DNA from: Trichoplax sp. H2
Lineage: Eukaryota
DNA: 23,928 nucleotides
Assembly: GCA_003344405.1 (NCBI GenBank)
Contig: NOWV01000133.1
Span: 186,001-209,928 of the forward strand
Reading direction: 5' to 3'
Below, one piece after another: positions 11,801 through 23,803 of the stretch. The notes beneath the pieces are model-generated. The model did not search any database, was not told the origin of the DNA, and saw nothing but the letters and a program-made list of their open reading frames with translations. Both the position numbers and the translations under genes were made by a program. The stretch's first letter is position 1. Each line of letters starts with the position of its first letter.

Positions 11801-14800
11801 TTATTCCACAATCTATGCAATACGCCAACAGTAAGCCGCGATGTAAATTAGTTAGAAATCCAAAGTCTATAATTAGCCCTACTACTGTACCATATCATTA
11901 AAATTTAATTATTATATTTTTTATCTCAAATTTGAATAATTGCATTATTGATCCTACCTGACAAATAACTCTAATAGAGTTTTCTGTACTAGCGAAAAGC
12001 AAAATAATTCTTGCACCTTTTTCCTACAAAAATTAATCATCGTCACCATTATAACACAATAAAATTGCAACAATAAGTATAGGATTGAACTAATATCAAA
12101 TGATGAGACAATATTCATATTAAACTTCTAAATGTCTACAATAAAATCGTGCATTACCGTCAGTTCTATCGTTATACTGTATTTTATATTTCGTCTTACT
12201 ATAGTAGACTGATCAAAATGCATATTTTAGTCTTAGAAGAGTTACTTTACTGTGTAAAGCCACTAATCAAATACTTGTAATAATTGTCTTTTTAATTATC
12301 AAATTTTGAAATTACTGGTAGAATTCATCAAACGTAAATATCATACGTTATAAGTGATTGTAAAAAACTTATTTATTGGCGAGAAAGTGGTTATAAATAT
12401 CATTAATTTCATTTTATTAATCTCATTTCCGTACCTTAATACTTTTAACCTGAGCGACAGGATCTGTTACAAATGCTTCAGAAGTAACCAATGTGATATT
12501 TTGAGCAATGGCATCTGCAATAAAGTTTTTGGCAGACTAGATATTATAATAAGAAATAAGATAGGTCAGCAATTCATTGATTATAGGCGTAAACTTACAC
12601 ATATCCATTTTTAATAGGTTCTGTAGCACAATGACAAATACATGCTTAATAATTTAAATATCCCGATGATAGATCTAATAGAATAGTATACAGTAGAAAA
12701 AATATTTTGATATTTACATCCTACCAATTTTTATGTTCAATGTTTGGGTACAATAATCCTATTTTATGGCAGCATCTACTGTGATGTAAAACTAATAAAT
12801 AGCTTTCCAGTACCTTATGCTACTGTGATGGAGGGTTCAATATCTCAGAGGATTGATATTTAGTCGCCATTTACAATTATTACACCAAAGGGTTTATAAA
12901 AGTTATGCTTTATTGTAGGTTAGTAATGTGAAGTACAGTGAGGTAGTTACGGTAGATCAGCGTGCAAGCTGTCGTGAGTAACGAGTAGAAGTATTAGACT
13001 GTGAGAGACTAACTAGAAGACTAACTGAGAAGCTAACGAACTCTGAGGTAGAAATCGCCGATATTTATAGTTTTAAAGATAGAGCACATGCAGAGAATAA
13101 GATTGTGGAATTAGATACAACATATACCATAACAGGTTACAAAATAGCAGATGATTGTAGAAAACAGCGAGTACCTTAATAACTAAATACAGTAGTCTAT
13201 ATATGAATGTAGAGTAAGCGGACGGTAGATCTGTCTAAATATAAGAGCAATACAACATGTCTATATTTAAGGATAGAATATAGTTACAGTATATTCTAAA
13301 TACACTACGGCTACATTGCGCAATTTATCTATCTGATAGCAAGCAGCAGATATGATCACGAAGGTATTCGGAACACTTGATATACTAATATGCCCTATCT
13401 TAAAATCTATTAATAGCTAACTTCTAAGCCATTAGTATATTAACAGTAATTTAATACCGGTAACGTATCCATGATACTTGCGCTTATTTAATGCATTATA
13501 TTTCAATATACAGTATTTAAGATATCTGTTAGTAATAATTCAAGCCAAAAAATCATTTTTGTACTCATTTATGGTATTATACAGAAGAAAATTACATTTG
13601 TCACAAATCATTAATTCGAACAGTTATTATAACAAATTCTGTCTTCATTCATTAATTGCAGTATGAATAATACTTTGAAATTTAATTCATGTAAGACACC
13701 TACCGTTTCGTCAGTTTCTTCAATGTAATGGATGGTAGCAACACGGGTCCAGTTGTAGCGTTTTAAAAGGGCAATTCTAATTTGGTTCAGGGTAATATCC
13801 GTAGTTTCCGTTGTGAAAAAGTGAGGATATGTGGCTCTGTTTATTAGAGCAGCTGATGAAACTCCACTAGCTATCTATTAAAGCAGATTAAGTAGATCAT
13901 ACAATTAATTATAAGAGTTTCAGATATCCTATAATCCAGTTAAAATATCGTACTACCTCCGCTTTCAATAGTAATTCAACTAAGATTACAACGTGCTACC
14001 TCGCATTGGTCTACAGTACATATTCATTTAAGTGCAATAATAATACCTCCTTTTTGAACTTAAGCTTAGTAGCACTATTCCAAACTAAAAGTATTCAGTG
14101 ACAGCTGTTAGCCGTTGAATGAATAATGTAGCGATATAGTAAACCGAAATGTACTAAAATTATGAAATATCAATTTTACCGTTATCAAATTCCAATATTT
14201 AGCGATCGATGCAACAGGTTTCGCACAAATGCTAGTCAATGGACCGAAGGTGGCAATTTTAATAGGTCCAGTTGTGACAGCGTCGAAGAAGGATTTGGTT
14301 GTCACCCAAGTTTTATACTGAAAAGAAATTGATTACTGAGAACATATTTTTATATATAAAAGCATGACAGACCAGTAAAATAGATAGACGTCTATGTCCT
14401 AGCGAACTGTATAAACGTGGAATGCCGTCATAAATTGCAAGATAAAGATTTCTTGTAAACAACATACTCAAATACCATTATTAACAATTTAAAAATTGAT
14501 TAAATGTATTGCTAAGAAAATTAAAATATTAATCTTAACTTAACTCAGGGATCTCAGAACCTAAGTTATGCTAACTGATCAGTTATATCTTAAGAAGTTC
14601 TATTCCTTAATCAGAATTTGCATCAACTGTGTTACAACCGCATACATCAAGCTGCTATGGAGATCGCTATAATTTTGTTTGCGCCATATTCGAATATAAA
14701 TTTTATATATCAAGGACTACTGCAATCCCGTAAATATAAGTACATATGAAAAGGCTCGTACATATATAAAGTTTATTTTATTCTAGCAGCCTTTAGTTAT

Positions 14801-17480
14801 ATCATCCATTATCATTCACCCAGCAGCTGAACAAACGAATATAACATGTAACACATTTAAATATATTGATTTAAAAATTATAATATATCTTAGTGATGAT
14901 AGTTAACTCAATGCATAAAACTCATTAACTAATTAAGTTATTAAAGTATGTTCCATAAAAGCGATTCTTCATAAAGGACTTGAGTAGCCGATTAGGTGAT
15001 CAGAACCAAACAGTGGAAATTGAGCTAAAAAGCTAACAGTTAACCAGCATAGTATGCGCGTTGATAAAAAAGGTGTCTGTAGGATAAAAGGTAACGTAGT
15101 ACTGATTATATCAGTACAGAGACTAATACGTGAAGAGTAGATCTATAGTATTCCCTATGCAGTGGATTGCAACACATGAGGAAGAGAACATCTACTATCT
15201 TTAATTTAAAGCTACTGACTATACTATTGAAATCTGATATCATCTTCGAGGAAGGCATTCTTTCATCTACTGAATACAATAGCGCATATAGTAACTACAC
15301 TCACTACCCTTGTTATAAAACCTAAATAAACAGTAAATGTTTAGAAAAGATCCATGTATTCATCGTCAAAGGATTACAGTGACACAGTGGAGACTAATAC
15401 CTTATCTAGTCATATAAAAACAAATTATGGCACGGAAGTTTGAAAATCCATAATCACCTGTCTTTCAAATGGTAAAACATATAACTAATATGTTCATCAT
15501 TGAAAGATTACCGAGATATGTATGAAGGTAATGCCTAAGCTTGTAATAAAGCAATAAATTGTCATACTAGTAAAGACTGAAAATTATAAGCACCTGTCTT
15601 CCGGACGGTAAAATATGTAACTAATGTGGTCCGCGATATATAAGAGGGTAATGCTAAATCTAGTTATAATGGAATAAATTGTCACACTAAAGTCTGATAA
15701 TTATGAGCACCAACCTTTCGAACAGTAAAGCATACAACTATATACTTATTGAAACTACATTATACGACTGTGATGTACCGAAATGAATATTCGCGAATTT
15801 CAGTTTATACTATGAAATTGATCGCTGTTAGAGAGGAACAAGTCCTTCCACATTAGTGGACTTCCTGAATAATGCAGTGATACTGAATTTAAATTTATTC
15901 TGCTCAATAAGGACGTTGATTTACTTCTAGAAATCCTTAAATTGAGAAACAAACCAAAGGGCACAGCCCATCAACCTACATGTATATGTATAAAATGAAG
16001 TGGAATCTAGAGCACTGAAATCGAATTAGCCTGCGGATACTGCGTTAAGTATATTTAGTAAAGATATTTAACTTCCCATTTCCATAAAAGCATGAAATGA
16101 AAAGGTGAAATTATTGTTATGTTCTCTTCATTGGTGCATCAGATCTTATCTCGATAGAAACCTGTACACGGACAAGCCATGAATTAACCATAACACAAAA
16201 ATTTAGACTTGCAGGCGATAACAATTATTATATGATCGATTATAATTATGTCATACGAGAACAAAAAAAACTCAATTATTTATCATTCTGCTGGAGATGC
16301 TTTACTCATCCTAAAATAATTCAATTTACTCCTACGGTTTTTTGAATAGATTACTGTAATAAAAAGTAAGAAAAATTATAAACTGCTTTTCCATTTATTC
16401 TGGAATCAAATGATTATTGGTAAAACTTTTGATTTCAATGCCCGAAAGCATTAAGCATAATTAATAATGAAAATGTCATTTACGCCTTTATACAATACCA
16501 ACTTAAAATCTTATTGACGTTGAATTTATTTGACTACTGGGCTTACGGCGCCTAGATAGATTCCCTTACCATAAAGCGAATCGATACTGAAATTAACTAA
16601 GTATTATTTCTCTATTCGTAATTAAAAGATGAATCAAGTTTTACCAAATTTGCCGCACAAAAATGCTTAAAGATATGCTCTATATTGAATGATTGAAATT
16701 ACTATTTTCATTCTTGGACTCCCACATGATAGTTATCATGTTGGCCAATTCATATTAAAAACCAGAATAGACGATACTTTAATGTCTATTCTCCCCCACA
16801 TTCTAGAACTTGTGAATTATTTCTAATCTGTCACAACTGCGTCTTCTAGAAATTATTGGTAAATTGTGTCCATTGCTAGACCTTCACAGGTTAATAAGGC
16901 AAAAGATAATCTTAAATTGTTTACAAATCCATTTTCTAGACACCCAGTATTTAACGGATATACTCAGTTAAAGCGATATTAATAGAATGCATTTAATATA
17001 ATTGCCATGATGCAATTTCAAAGCCCGATGGCTATAATAAAGATAGCTCTATGATACATTGCATCATTTCAAAGCTAATCTTGATAAATTTGAATTAATG
17101 CAACAACATAAATACTGGTATGAGAAAACATTAGCTCAGGTCTCTCTCTTAATTATTTCCTCGCTCCATTAGAACACAGGATACTAAATGATTTTGCTAA
17201 TACCGAATACTTAAACGGTGACCTATTTTTTAACAATAATACCTACCTCCGTATCCCATACATCCATGGAAAGTTTATATTCAGGCAAAATATCGGATCT
17301 ATTATTGATATCTAGGATAGCCAGTCTACCAGCATCCAATGTCATTTTTCCAAGAAATGTAATGTACGTGTTACTTAATGGCAGAAAGCCCGCAATTGTT
17401 AGAGTTTTATTCTTGGCTGCAACAGTCAAGGAGAAGCTTGCTGTGAAGAGTATTATTATACTGCACCATAAAACCTTCAT
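5867..17480 (-). CDS. GABA-B receptor-like class C GPCR (signal peptide, Venus flytrap domain, 7TM resembling GABA-B2), about 791 aa, 15 exons
   Basis: Exons (minus strand): 17480-17247, 14317-14180, 13874-13704, 12536-12435, 12023-11958, 11305-11111, 10201-9965, 9879-9819, 9650-9558, 9312-9162, 8852-8612, 8503-8381, 7758-7423, 6927-6775, 5941-5867. All are AG/GT with matching phases. Signal peptide MKVLWCSIIILFTASFSLTVAA. VFT motifs: DINNRSDILPEYKL, YWNL, YPHFF, YNWTRVATI, GARII, GLYGPHYIWF, GYDAMWALALALNKT. No cysteine-rich domain (GABA-B type); stalk WI-GGVPAD. 7TM motifs: IKMSSP, KTWRVYRIF, AWETRHVNIPALNDS, FVPK. The last exon is the least certain. Confidence 0.93.
15441..15741. repeat. 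Degenerate tandem repeat (about 2.4 copies, period about 117-136 bp) in intron 1 of the GPCR gene
   Basis: Anchors tgaaaat..cacctgtcttt (15441), tgaaaattataagcacctgtctt (15578) and tgataattatgagcacc (15695). The blocks ggtaatgc and aataaattgtca(t/c)acta recur in copies 1 and 2. Confidence 0.75.
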
Positions 17481-20400
17481 AGTGGCAATTCCGAGTTATA
17501 TAAATTTAGATTCCCAAAGTGATGATCGTTGATTAGAATTAAAAGTAGGTTACGAAGATACAATCGCTCGCTTTAACTTGTCCGTAATATTCCTACGCAA
17601 ATCCCCAACGTCTACTACAAGTTGAACTAATATTACAGTAATAACGGAATTCGATTGCAATTGTACTGTCACAAATATGCATTAATGCCTACAATAATAG
17701 CTTAAAATTTGAAGGTTACTTGATTCCTTATTGTACAGTGCTAAAATAAAGGGTTTATCCATTCGAAATAAAGCAGTATATTGTTGTATTCCAGTAATCT
17801 ATATTTATCGATATAATACGTAATAATTATAAAGAACGCGAATCTTTACAATATCACAATAGTTTTTTTCGGCTACAAGTATATTCAGCTATTCATAAGG
17901 AAAAGCTGGTTATTATCTACCGCGGTTACAATCAATCATATAGCTTAATTTAGCAGGTAATTTTGCTGGCTTTGTACTTAAACACAATATCCTAAACAAA
18001 ATCAAAAATTGATATCCATGAATTAATCATAAAATGGAATAATATTACCTGCAAGGCTTACTTTATTGTTTTATTTTTACATTATAGAAAAAACTATATC
18101 TTGTGGCGAACGAAAGTATAAATTAGTTATGTTAAGCTTACATCATTATTAAAAAAATTTAGAGTCTATGTGATAATAGATTGATGTCAATCTGTCTTCT
18201 TAATACAGGATTTCATGAGGCAAAGGAATCGAATAATCTAAAAGGACGCGTTGAACTCGTAAGGTATATCCGCATAAAAATTGGAAAGATTTCTCTCAAA
18301 TATCTAAACACAATTTATTGTGTTAAAGAGCAATAAAATAGTGAAAATAATATTTTCGCAAGTTTTCAGGTTGTAGACGAGAGACTTGAAAATTTACTCT
18401 CTCGCCTTGGAAGTCAGTCCAATTATTAGTTTCAAATTGCAACAGCTTTAGCCAAAAAATTTGCTATCTTTTGGTCTAAAAGTACTTGTCGAATTTAATA
18501 TTTACTATATTATGCAAGAAAAATTTAATCAGCTTTTCAAATTTCTTGTCTCAGAATTAGCTAATATTTGGTTGTATGATAATAATTCGTGTAATCAACT
18601 CTTAAGAGAGAATCAATTCCAGCAGGATAGGCATCACAGAAGAAGTAAAACAAATGAATTTACTTCGTATTATTACAGAAACAACAAAATAAAACTGATC
18701 CAATAGATAGCAAAGCTGCCGAACTGTCAATAAGTTTTGATGGTGATGTCAATGCTGATCAATAAGTCAATAATAAATAGGAATGGATAATAGATTTAGT
18801 CAAAAGAAATTTTACATAACTGAATCTTGAATATTACAATAAGCACATAAACAGAATATATTAAGGATCAAGTATTCAATTTGCTATTTATATGAAAGTA
18901 GATTACGGCTGAGGGCAAGCTAATGGATTATAGAAATTTATCGCCATTACCACTTATAATACGATTGTACAAAAATCGCACTTTCATTATAACCTACAGT
19001 AGATTAATTCTATGTTATTCTTGCACAAACATAATCTTTCAACAACGAGTGACTCTCAAATTTATTGTCGATAAGCAGGCTGCAACTGCCAATTATAAAT
19101 GCATTGAGAGCCTGTATCAAATGATATTCAGAGGTAATTTCCTGTCGGATATTAATGAAATAATACAATAATTTGGCTATCATATATTATTAATGCACCT
19201 AGAGTTATTGATCATTAATTACGAAAACATATATAGAACCTTTTGAAACCTCTTCACTTTATTGTATCTAAACATCTCGAGGTGATCATGTAACACCTAT
19301 CTAGATCTCTATTTAATATTCTTCGCCATTCCATCACCAAGATATCATAGTTTTACATAAATAGCTCTTAACATGGATGCGAATTAGAGGCCTATGTAAT
19401 TGCCTAAGAAAAATGCCTAGGATCCCTGATAATCCTGATTGTTATGCCACAAAACTGTTTCATTTTTAATAAGTACCTAGTTGCTGTAAAATTATTAACC
19501 TTTAGCTTTAAAACACTCGCTTATTATCAGTATTATTGCTTAAACATTAACAACGAATGGGTGTATATATCTTGTTAGACACTTATTAGAATTATGAATA
19601 GGAATAATACTAATAATCAACAGACACAAACGGTAGAGTGGACTGTTAACTAAGTTTTCTTTAATATACTTATAATTCACGAAATAATTTATGTACTGAC
19701 GGTATTTAATTACCAGCCCATTTCTCTGAATTGCATTAAGAATTAAATCCTTTAATCATTTAAAATGTAAACAGCTTTTTAAATCTATTATTATCTAAAT
19801 ACAAAAATACGGACGGCCCAGATAGCTATAATTTCCTTAATATTCGTACCCGCTATAGCCTAAAATCATTGCCATCCCTGCAATATCTTCAAAACTAACT
19901 CTTTACCTATGCCTTTGCTACGCATTCGATTATTACCAATTTCTCAAGTACTACGCTAAAATGGATACAAATCATCATCGGGCCGATACTAGATCTTCCA
20001 AGACTATTTCATCGCATTGTAAGACAATAAAATAATAATTTAATAAATTGATTGATCCATAATCAAACATTTACCGTATTCTATCCAATAATCTGCTATT
20101 ATAATTTTTTAGCGATAGTCTACTAACTTACAACAGTCCATTTCACGTATTATATAGATGCAATAGCTAAATTAATTTTTGAATCCATTAGAGTAGATTG
20201 AGCTAGGCTAAGCCATATGATAATGGCCAAGCCAACATTTCAGATATTATTATTCCTTCAAGCTAAACATATGTTAATATCCATACATTTTTTATTGTTA
20301 AAATCAGGTAAATAAAAATAAGAATGAAGACGATGAGCCTAGTAGGCTACGCATACATTATCAAGTGATATTTACTAATCAATACTCGTATTGAGAACAT

Positions 20401-21708
20401 TACTTAAAATAGAAAATAATTGACGTATGAGATAAGTTTCAACATCAATACAATCAAAATATCCTTTACGATACCTTAATCTTATTGATATTTAAAATTC
20501 ATCCTAAAGAATCAATTTAGCTACTCAGTTACAACAATAATGAATTATACGAATAACTTACGGCTGGATAAGAAGATTAATGAGCATTTATTATATCGTA
20601 ATTATCTAAAATATAATATTCCGTGTATCGTTAATAGATAATATTTTCCATTATAAAATAGCTTCAGGGTATTGATTTAAGGACTATTATGCTTTTAGTT
20701 TCAGTAAACCGGAATAAAATGATTTTATTTTCTGAAATGGCTAAAACTAGCTATCTTTGCTGCAATATGCTAATTATTTTCCTGAAATAGGAGTTTTAAT
20801 ATTGCCCTAGCACCTACAAAGAACGTTTCGTTTTGCAATAGTGTAGTAAGAATCCAGCAAAATGCGATTCTAAAATATCATAAACTTGATAAGAATATAT
20901 CTTACACGAACCTAATGCCATTATTTCTGCAAATATTAGGCTGACTTATAATATTAATGTGGTAACATTTTATTAATCATATTAGATGATGTTCTTAATC
21001 ACAAAGATAGAATTTATGGCTTAAATGAGCTATTGACTCTAGACTTAAAGCCTAGAGGTGCGACTCCTTCATTTTCTTTATAATTGTAAAGGTTGCACTC
21101 TGAATTTTATTACGAATGATCTTTTGTTGAAAAAAGAATTAGAAATATTCATAAAATTAGGAAACTGCTGATATTCATTACATATTTCTGAAGTCAAATG
21201 CTCATTAGACCATTATTCTATTTCCAGTCTTCATTCTTGTTCAACATCTATACCTATTTCAGCTTTAACCTAGCCAAAGCCTTAGACATTTCAGCTATAA
21301 AATTACTCCTTATTACAACAAAATCAGATTTAAACAGCCATTATCGCTTGTCATAGCAGCTAATTAAGCTAGTTCAATAAATAACTTTATATATAATCGC
21401 ACGAAATTATCCTTGATGAGATACAGTCAAGAAAACTAAGGGAGAAAAAGACCGCAAATGTAACTCTCATTGATCGTCAAGTATTCTAATGAATATTGTA
21501 CCTTGCGGACTTTAATAATGAGAAATGTACTAATAAAATATTTTATTGATATTGGAATGTGACTAAAAATTTGTTACTAGTGTAAAATATCGAGAAACTG
21601 AACGTGAACCATCTAGATATTCATAATTAGAACCGTAGTTCAATATTTTATACAAAGAAATAACACAGCCGTAATAGAAAGTGTACACTTTTGTATACTC
21701 GTACTAAT

Positions 21709-21870
21709 TTATTTTACTCGTAAAATGTCCTATCTTAATCTCACAGCCAGAAATTGCGATACTTACTCTAACCAAAGTATAGCAGTACCCGTTATTTTAC
21801 TCGTAAAATGTACTATTCTGATTTCATAGCCATAAATTAGATACTTACTCTCAACGAAGTAAAACGGTAA
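21709..21870. repeat. Two-copy direct tandem repeat, period 83 bp
   Basis: ttattttactcgtaaaatgt at 21709 and 21792, each followed by ...agcca..aaatt..gatacttactct. Confidence 0.8.
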
Positions 21871-22637
21871 CAGTAACTTAATACTATGATTAAAGAATTA
21901 CTGTGGATTGACAACTAGTCATTTTATAAAAAACTTACCGTCTGTTACGGTGTTGCCTTACCATTAGAACAGTTTAATAAGTACAGTAGTAGCTAGTGCT
22001 GGGTAAGGTAAGTAATGCCTTAACGTGGATGTTGTTTGTGATAGTTCATTAAATATCTGATATTGATTGTTATTGTGTGATAGATGGCAGTAAGATGATT
22101 CAAGTTCTAGTTGATGATAGTTGAATTAGACAACCTACGAGCTTAGATTAAGAATAAGTATGAGTAAGAGATTCAAAATATTTACTGATAGAAAAGCCAT
22201 GCAAGGAACATCTCAGTTTGAGATGTTTCTCCTAGTAAGGCATAATTATAATACTATTGTTGTTTACAAATTAGACGGTTCCTATATAAACGGTAACATT
22301 GGAGTTGAGTGGTGTAGTAAAAAGTTGTAGATGTATCTTTGCTAATAAAAGTCTAATCTTTACAGTATTTGCTGTGTGTGTTTAACGTTAAGTAAAAGGG
22401 CGTTTAAGTCAGTAGCTACTTAAAAACTTTTACTGTATGTTACCTTGTAGCAGAAGTGAAATTGTGACACCATTATACCTAAATTGACGTCAGGTAATGT
22501 GAAAAATTTATTTCAGTCGTTTAATTGATATCAAGAAACATCCTAAATACATATTAAAAGTATTTTTAGAAGCGAAATTAGTTTCCTTTATTATAATCGA
22601 ATAAAACGTAATAGACAAATCTGATACCATAAAATTA

Positions 22638-22683
22638 CCAAGTAACGCTTGGCCATTACCGACATTGGCCAAGCGTTACCTGG
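22638..22683. repeat. GC-richer hairpin, 18-bp arms with 10-nt loop
   Basis: ccaagtaacgcttggcca / ttaccgacat / tggccaagcgttacctgg; 17 of 18 pairs. Confidence 0.85.
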
Positions 22684-23263
22684 CCAATAAATTTCTGTTT
22701 TTTAACAGTATTAGATTAATACGTTTACTATAGGATGTAAGCTTATGCTATATTATTTTGTATGGAATTGATTGCTTGTAAAAATAATCTAAGTCCGTTT
22801 ATCCGGTTTATCTTAGCCGTTTTCGACTGATTATATGAGGTGAAAATTGAATTCACTCTCACGGATAGACGGAATAATAAACGTAGTTTTAAAATTACTC
22901 TCTCGGTTGTGACGATTTATTGCATATCATAAGGATTTGCTTAACTTAAATAACTCAGATTAAGAGTTAGAGGTCGCGAACCTATAGTAATGGTAAAAGA
23001 CTATTACTCGGTCATAACAATGTTATTTAAATCTGTGTTTCTAAACAAGATGATTGTAACTGTATGTAGTAGAGCTGAACAGTTACGATGAATATTATTT
23101 ACTACATGAATCACAATTCAAATTCTGTAAATATAACGCTAAACTAATAGCTAGTATCAAAACAGGATATCGAATGTGCTTATAGAATTTAGTGATATTT
23201 TCTTACTAAAACCTTCGAGCTTAAATATGTTATTAACAAAGTGTTAGGTAAAGCTATTCTTAC

Positions 23264-23803
23264 TTTCGCTTTCTTTTCATTATATTAAGCGAAAGGAAAA
23301 CAATTGCCAAAATTATTGCCGCGATTGCCAGTATATTTACAGTGATAAAGACATGCTGGGAAACACCAATAATTCTGACTTCAACTTTAACCGTATCAGC
23401 GGGTACAGCTCCACCTAGAATTATCATTAATAATGAATTATTATTAAGTACATACAAATCACGGAAATCTGTAATCTGGAGGTAAGAAGTGCTAATTGCA
23501 GAAATATGAAAAATACGGCGATTATTAAACTATCTAACTGTCTCCATAACGAGAAAATGATATTTCTTAAGGATAAATCTCGTAAACTAACATTACTGAT
23601 TGTTAGTGTAATGGGTAGTCCTCAAAGGTAATGTTGACTTTCTTAATCTAACATATTAGCATTTAGTATTTATCGTCCAAGCTAAAAAAGTAAGACTGTG
23701 CAGGACATACCTATCCAATAGATTTTATTCTCATAAATCTGTAGTTCATTTGTTATACCATAATGTAGACTAATAGGAATAACGTTCGATTCGTTTCCAA
23801 TAA
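23264..23803 (-). CDS. Partial second GABA-B receptor-like paralog: end of Venus flytrap/stalk exon and TM1 exon (5' part outside window, 3' part not found)
   Basis: Exons 23803-23711 (93 nt; IGNESNVIPISLHYGITNELQIYENKIYWI) and 23414-23264 (151 nt; GGAVPADTVKVEVRIIGVSQHVFITVNILAIAAIILAIVFLSLNIMKRKR). They have the same lengths and phases as exons 9 (93 nt) and 10 (151 nt) of the downstream gene. About 25/51 aa are identical over the TM1 exon by manual alignment. Confidence 0.88.

Noticed and set aside
12354-13666. Plus-strand ORFs 12354-12614 and 13478-13666
   Set aside because: Antisense to exon 4 or intronic, AT-rich composition, GTG/TTG starts, no motifs.
17218-17532. Plus-strand 104-aa ORF
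   Set aside because: Antisense shadow of GPCR exon 1.
18923-19171. 82-aa plus-strand ORF
   Set aside because: No recognisable domain or splice context; compatible with chance.
19859-20018. Open plus-strand stretch between AG and GTAAG, with an LRR-like LKSLPSLQYL in another frame
   Set aside because: The LRR-like frame stops after 12 codons, and no partner exons were found.
20900-21300. Candidate minus-strand acceptors (near 20927 and 21295) for continuation of the upstream paralog
   Set aside because: They yield a stop within 0-8 codons and no IKMSSP/TM2 homology, so they cannot be supported as exons.
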